Assembly (NCBI GenBank): GCA_023231475.1
Contig: JALJEE010002051.1
Span: forward strand, 1-64,000
Direction: 5' to 3'
From: Seison nebaliae
Lineage: Eukaryota
DNA: 64,000 nucleotides
Program-made: the position numbers and the translations under genes
The notes under the pieces: generated by a model
The model's input: only the letters and a program-made list of their open reading frames with translations
The model's database searches: none
Told to the model about the DNA's origin: nothing
Part shown: positions 1 to 13,500 of the stretch, piece after piece
Layout of the letters: every line of letters starts with the position of its first letter
How positions within the stretch are numbered: the stretch's first letter is position 1

Positions 1-3000
1 GTCTGGATTTTTGTTTTCCAAAATTTACAGAGTCTCGTGGCTCTTATGTCCTTCTCCCGTATTTTTTATATACAATTTTATATATTTTAAATAATTTTTT
101 ATACAAAATTGTATATAGAGAATGCATTCCTGGATCTACATCTACTACTAAAAAAGACCAAAAAGGTAGCACAATAAAGTAGCAGTATAACATTTTATAG
201 TTATCCATCAAAAAATTAGTCATTTTCAATTTCAATTTACAAAATTTGTTTGACATGATTATTCTTCTTTTTTTATATACAATATATCAGTTCGTCCTTT
301 GGCTAAAACGGAGTGACGAAATGTCCATTTAACCAGTGGCATAATGTCCGAATTAAAGAAAATTAGTTCGCACAACAATAAAGTAGCAAATCCACCCTAT
401 ATCACGGTCTAATTCAGTAAAGCACTAAACTTTTCAATTCCACTTTTAAGTGATTTTTTGGAGTTGGAAAGTTTTCGGATGAACCTACAATTTCGTTTTA
501 ATTATTAAATCGGAGTTTCTCTCGAACGTATAATAAACATATACATTTATCCAATTGTAGAAAACTTTCTCGAATATGAAGTTATTCTATTTTTATATTC
601 TGATTTTAAAAAAAATCATAATAACATGCTTCACTTTTGGATCGAGTGAACACGTTTGGAAACACACTACAAATTACATAATTGGAAGTATTTGGCAGGT
701 AATTGTCATTTCTGATGAAATATTCTAAAGAATATTCTCCAATTTAAATAAATAATTCTATCCTAATATTTAAATGATTTTTCTTCATCTTTTCTACATC
801 TTATGACCAAAAATATTTTTTTAAAAATTAGAAATTATGTACGAAAGAATTCTTGTTCTTTCTACAATTCGAATAAGTTTTCTATATAATTCAGTTAATG
901 TGAAATTCAATTTTATTGATGTTGAGGTTTCGATTGCATCTCTATTTTTCACTATGTGAGACTTCTGAATGTTGTTGGTTGTCATACCTCATCAGTTATC
1001 CTCATTAATTAAATATCTACAAATGTTCATGATGTCATAAAATAGAATTAGTGCCCAATCGAATTTTACTCGAATTGTACTCTGTAAACTATTTGGTTTC
1101 TTCTTTTTTGTTATTGAGTTATTCGAACGCAGATGACATCGTGTGAAAACGGAAAAATTGTTGCTCATTTTTAATATTGTCCAATTTCATCTGATTGATA
1201 GATGGAAAATTCTTATGTAATAAGTTCATGATTTCAATGTAATTGTATCGAAAGAAATTTCTTTCCTACAATACCAAATTATTAACATCTGCAAATCCTC
1301 CAACTTGACTGATCCGATTTCAAATATGACGTGTAAATTTCAGAGAATGTTCTATGCCTCCTTTCTCCGCCGTCAAAATTCGTCAACAATTTCTTGTCAA
1401 ATTCTTCAGTTCTTATCATTCATTATCGATGTCTATGGACAATGTCGTTTATATCATTAATAATTTCAACATTTCTAATCAAGTTTCTGTATCATTGCGA
1501 AATTAATTGGATTCGGGTAAAACTCATATTTCAAATAATTCTACTAGCAAATTATTTCGTTTGAACTTAACAAACAATTAAGTTGAAATTTGTTTAAATA
1601 ATAAAAAATATTTAAGGTCGCTTTTTCCTAGTTTTGGAAAGGCTATTAGTGATTGTGCAGAAACCTTGTGTGGTAAGTGTTAGGACCATTAGTAGTTGGT
1701 CTTTTACATTCCTACCAACAGTGGTGAATTATAAATGAGTTTGAATGATTTCTATAGAATTTTCTAAAATTGTAAAATTTTAAATTTTAGGCTTCGGCTG
1801 ATAATTATTCTTCGCTACGATTGCCATCTCCGAGCATAGACAAATCATAGTGATACATTCAACACACGTACACATTCGTCCATTAAGACGATCCATAATA
1901 GAACATCATGTCGTCATAAGTTGATGATTTTTATGATGAATTTCTTTTCGATAAAATTTTTGACGAGATTTAATTGAAGGAGAAGAAAGAAAATTCGTAT
2001 TAGAGAGAACGATGATGATAATTGTCATATTTCTGTTCATTGAAGCATCATTAATTTGTTGTCAGTCGATTCCTCTCCATCGATTCCATTGGAGACGCGA
2101 AGTAAGTTATGTGGAGGAAATTGTAAATTGGAAAACGCTTTTCATTTTCATTTAATCCTTTTGTTTCTCTTTCGTCAAATTCATTCTTTTCTTTTCGGAT
2201 CAAAGACTTTATTGCAGATCATTTCTTGATAATCAGCATTTTTGGGGAAAAGACGACGAATATTTCATAAACAATTAATTTGGATGAATGTGATATTAAA
2301 GACAGAAGAAGAATATGGATCTTCCTTTTGTGATGGAATTTATTTGATGAATGAAGAAATGTTGAAATGTCATTCATTTGAAGAAAAGGTTTCCTTTTCT
2401 TTTTTTTTACCTCAATTTCACATATCACCACAATTCCATAGTTCGATTTATCCAGAACTTGTTGTTTATTTATTAATCATCTGAAATTGAGATAGGGATC
2501 GAAATGATCTCCTCTTTCCATCATATTTCTTATGGGAAGGAAGAGGAGGATATCGAACGTTTATTAGAGATAATCCGAAAGAATTCTGTTTTGAATGTGA
2601 TAAAATAAAGTTCAACATGATCATTATTTGAATCTTTATCATGTCATCGATGGGAATTGAAGATGATAAAATATTAAATCGATTTCCTCTTCTCTTCCTT
2701 GTGACGTATAAAAATTTCCAATATTTGTAAGAAGAATTTCTATATCTGATAATGAATAATAAATCAGTTTAGCATTAGCAGACGAATAACGAAAAAATGG
2801 AAATCTATCGTCTCATCAAATGAGTCTTTTATTCTATTAAAATTTTCTCAAAATTTCCTCCATTTGAACTTTAAAGAGCGGATTGGAATTAAGTCGGAAG
2901 AAATGACATGTAAATGACAAATGTATGTTTCCTATTTACTTTCATTATTTGCCCATAACAACAACTGGGAATGACTGAAGAGAAGAAATGAAGAAATAGA

Positions 3001-4543
3001 CACTCGATCCGTGATCGATTAATCGTCTCCTGTTCGACGACGTGATGTTCGAACGTGGTCGATTGAAAATCAATTGAGAGTTCAATTTGATCTTCATTTA
3101 TGTGTAATCCGAATAGTAACGTGAAAGACGCGAAAAGTTTCTTTTATGAACTCCGAAATTCTCATAAAGAGAGAATAGATGGAGAATAACGATTTCTATT
3201 ATCAGTCGAGAGGAAAAGTTGAGGATGTATCCGATTTGATTGAGACATGAACTAAAAGAATCAGAAGTGGCACCGCCATCCGATACGAGTGGAATGTCGA
3301 TGACAGCTGTGCGAATGTAACGAATTGTAGCGGCGATTCGATAACGACGTTTGATCTTCCTCTTCTATTGTTGTCTTCTCCTTCTACGTTCACATTCATC
3401 CTCAATTCATTTCGTATTCCTCAACAACACTTCGCAGACTATAGTGAAGTTGATGGAATGATGATAATTAAAAAGAATCTTTAAAGAATTCTCCTTTTCC
3501 AATTTAATTTATTCAATGACAAATAAGAGAACCATATCGTTCTTCACTATCGTCACTACTGAAATATTAGTTGAGAATGAACGTTCTTCTGTCTCTCAAC
3601 TGCTTCCAGCACATCTCTACCTTCCTCCACATCAAATAAACATTTCTTATTCATGAAAGATATATCGGTAAAATCGAATTATTATCTTTCTCTCCTCTGA
3701 CATTTAAGAGAGATTCCTTCAAACAAAGAAATTCCTTTTTCTCCATTAAATTCCGATAATTATAATAAGACGAGAATTGAGGAACAGTTCCAATTTCTCG
3801 ATTAAACTTCTGATTTCCATAAAGTAAAAATTCGAAAAGAATATTCATTCACTCACTTATTATAAGAAGTGCCATCCATTAAAATCTATCATTTTATAAT
3901 ACATATCAGTCGGCTACTTTCTCTTTTTTGAGAGGTTGGTCAACTAATCATCCTCAATTTGATACGTAGCAGACAATAGGACTATTAGTAAATGGGGATG
4001 TCCATCCTCTGACATGACACATGCTAATTGAAAGTAGATGAATAAAACATAAAGATAATGATAGATGATACTATCATCTCAACATCCATTCTCCTCCTTA
4101 TCATCACCAATAAATATCTCAAAATACTTTTCTTCGCTTTCACCGAATCAATTTTCAAATTCATCCGTCTCAATTTCTTGAAAGTTTCCGTTCCTATCGA
4201 ACTTGAAAAGAATTTCGGAAAACATTTTTTTTTCTCAAATTCTTTCCTTCATCCATTCTATAAGGTGATCATTATCCATTTAGTAACTAGTCATTAAAAT
4301 TAAATATCATTATTTTACTAAAGATTTATTAAAGTTTTTTCTTGAAAAAACTTATTTTATTAATAACTATTATTATAAAATAATTATTATTAAGCAAAAT
4401 TTTTATATTTATATATTCTCCACAGTAATTTAGAAAATTTAAGTTAATTAATTATCAATTAATTTTTACAGTCCCGTCCCAAAAAAAACCGTATATTCAT
4501 TTACTTCAACATTTCCTAACAAAATTTCTCTTTTTCTCCAAAG

Positions 4544-6019
4544 ATGAAACGAACTATCTGTACAGATTGTAGGAAGTTTGTTTACGAAGACAAATACATT
4601 TCTTCACCACTTGTAAGACAATCAGTTCATCGTTTAGTATTTGTTTTTTTTTCATTCATTTCTTAATGTTAATCATAGGATTTCATCATTATGCTAATAA
4701 TGAAATGTCATTGAATTCAAACTCAAATTTTCGTGAAACTCTAAATAAATCCGTCAATTCCAGACGTACATTGGAAATTCAAGGAAAAAAAACTAATTGT
4801 AATTATAATCGACAAACAACATCAACTTCTCTTCGATCATGTCAATCAGAAAAACGTTTTCATTCTGATTATGACGCGAATCATCAATTAATTGAAGAAA
4901 GAACAAGAAAACGAACAGTTCATTTTAAAGAGCCGATAAACAATATTGAGAATGAAGAAATAAAAGAAAATCAATTTCAAACACAAATGAGAAATGATGA
5001 AATTTCATTCCAAAACAACAACAATATCGGATATTTTAGTAAAGATAATGATATTTTATTTTTGAGCACTAATGAAGATGAAATAGAAGGAGGAAAAACT
5101 GATGAAAATGTTTTGAAAAAAATGAGAAGAAATCAAAAAGATAATGTCCACAATACCAATCGTTTATTTGATCTCGTCATCCGATCAATTCACATCCAAC
5201 ATAAATGTATCAAATTATATGGTGTATTACAACAAAAATTGGAAGGAAACATCAAACGAAGAACGATGTGGAATATTCTTTATTTTATTCTCTCACTCTT
5301 ATTCCTCTTTCTTTTACTTTTCGCACTAATAAATGTGATGAAGAACCAAGTCGTTAATCAAGAAAAACTTCTAATTCCAAAATTTGAACGAATGTGTAAA
5401 ACATTAATTGAAGAGGAACTGCAACAATGGGAATGGAAACGAGTCGAATTGGCCGATTTTGCGTTAGACAAATTGGGTGGAGAAGTTGACCCTTTCTGTT
5501 CGGAGTCATATGGAGGACAAACGTATTATATTTTTGGAATGCCACTCTTATTAATGAAAATTAAACCGTCGATAATTAATTCGTGGCGTGGTAATTACTT
5601 TCCTGGTGATTGTTGGCCATTCAAAGGAGAAAAAGCATCAATTCGCATCAAATTGCAACGATTCATTATTGTCACAGCTGTCACTATTGATCACATACCC
5701 GCTAAATCGTTACCAACGGAAGATATGATACGAAGTTCTCCCAAAAATTTTGCCATTTATGTCGAATTGGAGACAGGAAAGCCAAATATTTTTTTGGGTC
5801 ATTTTCAATTTGACGTATCCTCAGCTACCAATTCCATCCAAACTTTCGATATTTCCGTTAAATTTCTCCTTTTTCTTTCCTCTTCATTATATTTGAATAT
5901 TCTTCTAGAACGCAACAATTCCATCAAGATCTGTCATCTTTCAATTCATTTCAAATAATGGACATCCAAATTTCACTTGTATATATCGTCTTCGTGTGCA
6001 TGGGAGATCGTCATACTAA
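4544..6019 (+). CDS. SUN-domain nuclear envelope protein (3 exons: 4544-4631, 4679-5856, 5909-6019)
   Basis: Hydrophobic TM segment (WNILYFILSLLFLFLLLFALINV), then SUN motifs DFAL..LGGEV, PGDCWPFKG, VTAVTIDHIP and SSPKNF. Removing intron 5857-5908 restores the typical SUN C-terminus NNGHPNFTCIYRLRVHG. Exon 1 was inferred by reading-frame phase. Confidence 0.9.
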
Positions 6020-6948
6020 TTCGACGTTTCTTTATACCTCACAACTAACAAATTAACAAAAATGACCTCATATTATCATCTGTACAGTTTTATTTGTTTA
6101 ATAAAAAATTTAAATTTAATTAAAAAAAATCATTTTTAACTATTCATTCAAGTCTTCTTTAGTTTGTAAAGTTTTTATCTAATTTTCAATTAATGTGTAT
6201 CCAAAAAAAAAAATAGTTTTCCGCAAATATCGATAAATTTAGAAAATTGAATTTTCATAGACTGAAAAAGACTTGTGAGTTGAAAAACATAATTTTCCAG
6301 AATCATATTTGAATGATCATTTCTATCAAATCTATTCAACATTTGACGTTAGTGGGCAAAAGGAAAATTTCAATGGTCATTTAACGTTTAAATTAAAACT
6401 TTATATTAACACAATATAAAGTATGGTTATGAATGGCATGAGTCAATTATGTTCCATACTACAACTTCCGAGAAGTAAATTAACTTTGTTTCCAATTTGG
6501 AAGCAGGAAATTTTTATAAATTATTATTTTTTCTGAATCCAATACAATTTATTTGGAGACATTTAAATTTATTAATCTGTTCAGTTAAATTTGTCATATT
6601 CGTCATTTCTATTCTCCATAGAACGTATAGTAGAATTATTGATCCGTCATTATCCCATAGTGTAGACGTTTATCCGGACGTTCCTTCCAATCATCTGAGT
6701 ATCGTGTCATTATATAAAATACATCAAAATGTTTGGTGTTCGTAGAAGGAGGGAATAATGAATGCATCCTCTTCATTTCCAATTCCAATTGGAAAGATTT
6801 GGTAGAAGTGAAATTAGTATAATTCATGATTGGTTTGCTGTTTATGGTAAAGATATCAACTCAATTTGTTGATAATATGAGAGAAATGTTTAGGATAATT
6901 TTACACTTCTCAATTTGTTGGTAACCTGATAGTTGAGGAATGTGGTTG

Positions 6949-9900
6949 TTATTGAACAACGTAATCGTTTGACGGTTGAGATTGTAAGGTATGAATGACA
7001 TCCTTCATCAAACGAGCTATATCGTAGATAATCGAATAAATTGTATCATCGTCCAATGGACCTTCATCCGAATAGGAGAGAAGAGAAGCTGCAGATAACA
7101 TAGCAGTGGAACGCGATTGAACAATAGGACCCAATCGATTGGCATCGACGACTGTGGCCGATTGTAGAACGTTGGTCAGATGCACAACTGCTGTATGGAC
7201 ATTTAATGATAATTGATGATAATTCTCATTTGTTATTGCTCGAACTTTCGAATCGGTGACATCTCTTTCTTTCATTTCTGTATCGTTATTTTGGAGAAGA
7301 TTAAACAAATTAATTAAAGAAGTCGTCACAATTCTACTTTTTTCTTCGATACGATTTTTCTCTTTCTCGAACTTCTTCACATCCATCATCTCCATAATCG
7401 TTTCATCAATTCTCTCATCATCTTCTTTTTCATTTGATTCTCTTTTTTCTTTTAATCTCATAATATTCTTCTCATTCGACCGATAATTGGAGAAAGAGGA
7501 TGAACGATGAAATGAGGATGTTGATGATTTATCTGAAGTTTTCGGACGTTGATTAATCAGTGTATTATATTGATTAAGAAGAACATCGAACTTCTTCTCC
7601 ATGTGATGTAGTTTAACTTCGAGTGAACGAAATCGATCCGTCATCGGTTCACCATCACATATCGCTGAGTAGATATTAGAGGAATTTGAATCTCTGATTT
7701 TCTTCTCAGTTTCTTGCGAGTATTTCTCGTTTCCATCAGCTGTGCTCGCCAATTTCTCAGATGGAATCGATTCTTTTCTCATATATTCCAATTCATCTAA
7801 AGAATCTATCGAATTATGTTCATTGTAAGACGTTATGGAATCGTAATCGCTATTCCTAACAGTATTCTCCGTTTTGTCCAATTGATTCGTGACGATTGAT
7901 AAACGTGATGGAGAATATAAGTGGAATTTGTCCTTCCGATATTTTTTGAAAGTTGACGAATCGATTGATGCAGATTGAGACGAAGTTAAAATGACAGATG
8001 AAAGTGAATTATTTTCATCATAAACATCATCATACAATTGCTCACTAGTATTCATGGTGTCGGTGGGTTTGGATGTCGACGGAGTTGGAAACTGTTTGAC
8101 AAGAACTGGTTTTTTTAAAGAATTGTGAACGAAAAGTTTCTTATTATCTGACGACTGTTGCGTAATAGTTTTCATATAAACTTCTTTTAACAAACTGACA
8201 ATAAAGGACAATAATTCCTCAGCAGAAAATTGAGAATAATTCGACTTATTCCTCCTTTTCTTTCTCTTCTCCATTATCTCTTCATCCTTCTTCTCATCAT
8301 ATAAATTTCCAGTATTATTCTTATCATTCGTCTCATCATTATTTAAGTGAAGATGGAAAGTGTCGTCATTGGAGAAGAAGTTAAATCTATCATTCTTCAC
8401 TCGTCTAGTTGGAGAGGATTCGTTGTAATTTTCAAGATGATTTCCTCTCATTTCCTTTCGTTCATTATTCGATCCGATTTTATTATCATCCAATTCAGTG
8501 TTACGGTTAAGGAAAGCATATCGACACAATAAATTTCTGTTATGTTTCAATGTACTTTCATCACACGAATCTGAGACGGAAGATAAGAGCATCTCTGGTT
8601 TATATAAATATTCCTTCAATTTCTTCCACGAATGATGTGAAGGATGAAGAATAAAAGTTGGAAGAAATCGACGTTCCACTTCGTCAGTTACTAATCCGAT
8701 AATCTGATAGAGTGATTGATTATGTTTGAAGAAATTATTCACTTCGATAATATCGTCAGATCGACTCTTTGATCGAATATCGAAATATCGATCGTTTAAC
8801 AACGAAAATTTCTCGTTTATATCAATCGTATAATGGAAGAAATTGGTCAGTTCATTCATATCCAACTCATGTTGTAATTGCCATGAATTCGTTTGGAATG
8901 CACGAAATTGTTTCTTGTGTTTTCTCCATATCATTAGACAATTGAAGAGAATGATAACTGATTCGAAAAGATAATATTTGAATCGTTGAATTAAAATTAA
9001 ATAATTTAATTTTCTCTTTTGGTTCGAGAGTGACGAGAGACCAGAGAACATGTTCTGTTTGATTATCAATCGATTTTGTAGATACAGTAAAGCCTCTTGA
9101 CATGGGAAGCCAGAGAGGCAAAGTAGTTCAGCTTCGGGAAGAATTCCATTTTGAATGCAGGAAATTATCGGACAAATTCGTAACGATCGAAATCGAATAC
9201 GTCCTACGATTTCCTTCATCGAGAATTGTGAGAGGAAGACATGAATGAAAAGTAGAATATGTAAATAATTTCGAGAGATGAGAATCGATTCGAAAATCCC
9301 ACAAATTGTCGTCCAGTTCTCGTTGTGTTTGAGATCGTCTCTCGTGAAATTCCAAAGACGAATGAATCTCTTATCATTATTTGTTAGTATACGAATTTCT
9401 TCCATACTTCTCGGTAAAGTGCTTCGTACGATATATTTCTCTTTTAATCCTTCGAGACGATTCTTTATTATTTCTTGGACATTTTTCGATTTATGTGATT
9501 TTTGTGGCGTCATGTGGAAGTTGCGGAACTCGTAAATCTTTTTATTTATTTCTTCACGTTGTATACATTCGAGTGAATGGAGAATAAAATCGAAATGAGA
9601 CGATTTCTCACTGGCGTACAGTAAACGTAAAGGAATAAAAATTCGTGTTTGATGATTAAAGAAACTGGTGATGGTTTTCCCTTTATCTATTTGAATTCTC
9701 ATCGAACTCAAATGTCGCCGATGAATAATCGATGTGCTACTTTCCATTTCATCATTATTATCATAATGCGTTTTTTCTTCAACGTTCTTCGAATAGAGTT
9801 CATCGTTCGAATTCTCTTCAATGATTTTCGTATATTTCTCATTCAACGATTTGTGAAGTAAGAGACATTCGTCACAAATGATAACGAAATAATTTAAGAG

Positions 9901-10233
9901 TAACCAATTGAGATGACAGAAATCTTCAGCACACTTATCGTCAGTTATTGATGAATCTAGAGATGGTACGTAATTGGAGCGATCTAGTCGATGACAATCA
10001 TCACACGAGTTCTTTCTATGAAGGAATTGCAATCGATGAAGGAAGGACGTATTGTTCTGATTAGATAGTCGTTTGTCCATCGAATTTGGAGGGATAATCA
10101 AATGTTTTGTATCGATGGATGATATCAATGTTTGTTGAGGAGTCGAACATTCGCCACTACATTCAGGGTCATCAACAATACGATCCCGCTGTTCTTGATG
10201 AATCTGCTGCATTGCACCAATCGATGATAACAT
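6949..10233 (-). CDS. GIT: Divergent GIT1/2-type ArfGAP scaffold, single exon
   Basis: ArfGAP-like W..LN..VIICDEC...HKSL, ankyrin-like EAELL region, Spa2-homology-like YSQFSAEELLSFIVSLLKE, DYDS/YDDV motifs, a coiled coil, and GIT C-terminal-like YDIARLMKDV. First ATG is at 10233 (the track starts at a TTG). Confidence 0.75.
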   Translation of the reverse strand: MLSSIGAMQQIHQEQRDRIVDDPECSGECSTPQQTLISSIDTKHLIIPPNSMDKRLSNQNNTSFLHRLQFLHRKNSCDDCHRLDRSNYVPSLDSSITDDKCAEDFCHLNWLLLNYFVIICDECLLLHKSLNEKYTKIIEENSNDELYSKNVEEKTHYDNNDEMESSTSIIHRRHLSSMRIQIDKGKTITSFFNHQTRIFIPLRLLYASEKSSHFDFILHSLECIQREEINKKIYEFRNFHMTPQKSHKSKNVQEIIKNRLEGLKEKYIVRSTLPRSMEEIRILTNNDKRFIRLWNFTRDDLKHNENWTTICGIFESILISRNYLHILLFIHVFLSQFSMKEIVGRIRFRSLRICPIISCIQNGILPEAELLCLSGFPCQEALLYLQNRLIIKQNMFSGLSSLSNQKRKLNYLILIQRFKYYLFESVIILFNCLMIWRKHKKQFRAFQTNSWQLQHELDMNELTNFFHYTIDINEKFSLLNDRYFDIRSKSRSDDIIEVNNFFKHNQSLYQIIGLVTDEVERRFLPTFILHPSHHSWKKLKEYLYKPEMLLSSVSDSCDESTLKHNRNLLCRYAFLNRNTELDDNKIGSNNERKEMRGNHLENYNESSPTRRVKNDRFNFFSNDDTFHLHLNNDETNDKNNTGNLYDEKKDEEIMEKRKKRRNKSNYSQFSAEELLSFIVSLLKEVYMKTITQQSSDNKKLFVHNSLKKPVLVKQFPTPSTSKPTDTMNTSEQLYDDVYDENNSLSSVILTSSQSASIDSSTFKKYRKDKFHLYSPSRLSIVTNQLDKTENTVRNSDYDSITSYNEHNSIDSLDELEYMRKESIPSEKLASTADGNEKYSQETEKKIRDSNSSNIYSAICDGEPMTDRFRSLEVKLHHMEKKFDVLLNQYNTLINQRPKTSDKSSTSSFHRSSSFSNYRSNEKNIMRLKEKRESNEKEDDERIDETIMEMMDVKKFEKEKNRIEEKSRIVTTSLINLFNLLQNNDTEMKERDVTDSKVRAITNENYHQLSLNVHTAVVHLTNVLQSATVVDANRLGPIVQSRSTAMLSAASLLSYSDEGPLDDDTIYSIIYDIARLMKDVIHTLQSQPSNDYVVQ

Positions 10234-10435
10234 CAATCAAATACAATTTCTTATATCATTTTCTGTCGAAATTTATCAGATAACATTTCGTCATTTCATG
10301 GTTATTACTAGGAAGTTTTGGGAATTGTCTGATTGAAATTGAATAACGCAAAATGCACGATCATTTTCTGTTGTTCTTCTCCGAACCAACGATACATTTA
10401 CTCACCTATCCATCTATTTACCTATGATGAACCGC

Positions 10436-10500
10436 CACACACATACACACATTATTACACAGACATACACACACACACTCACACAGTCGCACACACACTC
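10436..10500. repeat. Imperfect (CA)n microsatellite
   Basis: Visible cacacacatacacac... tract. Confidence 0.8.
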
Positions 10501-13500
10501 GCAGTGCACAAATAAAAGAATGATATAGTAACATACACCCTCCAATTCTACACAGCTGAATTCCCATTAAATAAAGGGAATGTAATCAATCAATAATATA
10601 GATGATACCAACGAATATTAACAAGAAGCTTCCATATACATCTTGTTCTTCATTTTCTTTAAATATTCTCCTCTCATTAACTATTTCTTTCCTACGCCAT
10701 TTCTTCCTTAAAATAATTCTGTCACGATTACTTCTTCTCCCGATCCATATCGAATATTCTATTCAACTTCACATGAGGTTCCTACATGATGCCGCATATT
10801 GAATATCTTCTTTCTCCATCTCCTTCTTTATCTCCCATCAGTGACGCAACGTTCACTTCTCAATGACAACTACCAACGTAGTCATCATTCAATTCATTAA
10901 GAACATTTAAAACTTTACGAATATTCTCCTCAACAATTCCTCAATTACGGAAAATACTATCGGGAGCACCAATTCTCCTCAAATATTTCTCATGGTGCTG
11001 AACCATGTATAAAATTATATTATATTCCTTCAATTTTTCCTTTCGCTAAATTTTCTATTATTCTTAACTAATTAAATCTAAAAATATTTCAGGGTGAAAA
11101 AATTCCTAAAGTTATGAATAACAGAAGAACACTAATAGGTTTTTTGGTTCTTTTTTAACAAGTTGACTATTGGACATTTAAACAGTAGATCAATAATGGT
11201 TTATAATTGGTTGAACTCGGTTCATAAACGAACAGTGCATTTATTGCATAATGTCACTTAACAAATTAGGAAAACATTAAGAGATAAACATTAACAATAA
11301 TTGTCAATAACAGCAGAGATACAATACCAACAGATTATGTTTTACACACGCAAACATATTACGTCTGGGTTCATTCTAGTGTGTCCATAGACAGAATGCA
11401 CCAAATTCGATGTTATCACATTTTACATATTCCCCGGAATTTTCTCCATCGATTTCTATTCGATATACTCATTAAAATTACTTATTCATTTGCTGTTCCT
11501 CTTACTCTATTAATATTCGATTGCTCCAATATTATTTGCTATTGGAATAAAGACGAAAAGGTCCTCAATCGCCCCCTCTCACTACTTCATATTTTCTCTT
11601 ATGTTTTATGGAAAGAAAATAGTATTTCAATTCTCTCCCCATAATGTGCAAACATAAAATATTCACATTCCACACTTTCACATATCTATTTGTATTTCAA
11701 TTATTTGTCAATTAATTCTGGTTTTTATACTTGCCCTTTTTATGTGGGTCGTCGAACTGAACGGTGCAAGAGACAATCGTAAATGACATAACTAACAGAG
11801 TTTATTTATCAAAATTATTCACAATGCTCAACTCCAGTTACGAGCATCAAACCAATTTACATAATCAAGTTCATAAATATTAATTAACTTTATTAAAATA
11901 ATATTAACAAATCGACATTCTTCCATCAATGTCATTCTGGCGCAATAATTTCAAGAGCGGTCGCATAATGTTTGCAGTGGGAAGACATGAGGAAGATAAA
12001 TGACTCGATTGACAAATAATTGACAATTACATTTACTTTCATTTAACATTACATTCAGTTGGACGGACTCTTGAAATCAGGTCGGAAACTTATGGAATTT
12101 GTGTGGTTTAAAAAATCTAAGTTTCTAATTTATAATTTTCTTCGTTTCGTCCAAGAGATTTAAACATCGGATTCAGATGTGAAGAAGTAGGTACATACTA
12201 GCCAACCTTTTATTATTTACTAATGTAATTCTTATTTACATAAGTCAAGTTAGTTGGGTTTCCTCTCCACCAACTCTTAATTCAAAACAATTAACGAGCG
12301 AAATGACTACTTCATTAAGTGAAGGAGAAGAACCAGAAGAAGAGAGATAGAGAGAGGGAGGGAAGTTAAATGAAGATTTGTACCTTCCATTTTCGATGAT
12401 GAAAATGGTAGAATCGTTCAAAATAAGTTTGTTGCTTTAAAGTTCCCGTCTGATTTGAGTAGAAATTGGACATAAACTTTCATCATTAGAATGACTTATG
12501 TGATTGTTTCGTCTTCACTCATCTCTCAACATTATCGGGAAGTTTGATAATCGTCTTCAATATCTTCTTCAAAAACAACTAAAATAACAAGAAAATAATC
12601 GTACCGAATACAATAGACGAAGTTAATGAAGTTAGATTAGATGTATTGAAGTCGATTCCATTCATCATAGGATTCGATTCTAAAACAAAAAATAATTCAT
12701 ATAAACCATTCTTCCCAATTCAATATAACGAATAGTGTTCTATCGATTATCTTACATCATTTTCTCAATGTCTAAAGGTCCATGCGTCCAATGTTCTCAC
12801 TCCCCTCCCTTTCAACAACTCAACAATTCATATTTCTCATATAACAACGTTATTTTTAGTCAACTATCGAACAATTGCTTTCAATTTACTTCGTTGTAAC
12901 ATTCATTTTAAAAGTAAAAGAAAACGACTAAAGAATGAAAAATAAAATGAAATTCGTTAAGAATTAAAGTTTTCGTAGAGTTTAATTTTCATTTGAAAAA
13001 ATTTGGAATCGGATTGTAAATTCAAATTTCTAACATGTGTAACTTAACAGAAGAATTATTTGAATAGGAGAAAAGGAGCAATATATTTGAAACGTCATTT
13101 TGCTTGAGAAGACGAACAATAAGAAGAAGAGGATGTTCTTCTCCTTCTCGGAATATTGGAGCTAATTTCAGAATTTTTATTTGAATGCGTGGAAAGAGAA
13201 GGACAGAGATTGTTGATGAAACTCAAAAAAAGTTTCTGTCATTATTTTGAGCACAAGAATATCAAGAGGAATCATATGAATCGAATGGTAAATCGGAATT
13301 TCGTTGTTCCTTTCTATCGTTAATGGCGAAAGACCTTGAGTAGTTTGTTGGTTGCACATCAAACGAATGGCGAAGAATTTGACGTTCTTTACGTCCATTT
13401 GCTCATTAAATTGATAAGTAATTTGAACAGTTGCGAGAAAGGAGTCGATAAAATCAAATTAATTTTTATTAACAAAATAAATGTTTCAGTTCCGGAGTTC

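Noticed and set aside
800..3650. Possible multi-exon gene(s), including a signal-peptide-like start at 2012 and the ORF at 2242-2484
   Set aside because: Exon-like pieces exist, but I could not join them in a consistent frame or recognise a product. Left unresolved rather than excluded.
7256..9861. Several short ORFs overlapping the GIT-like gene
   Set aside because: Antisense or alternate-frame by-products of a long coding exon.
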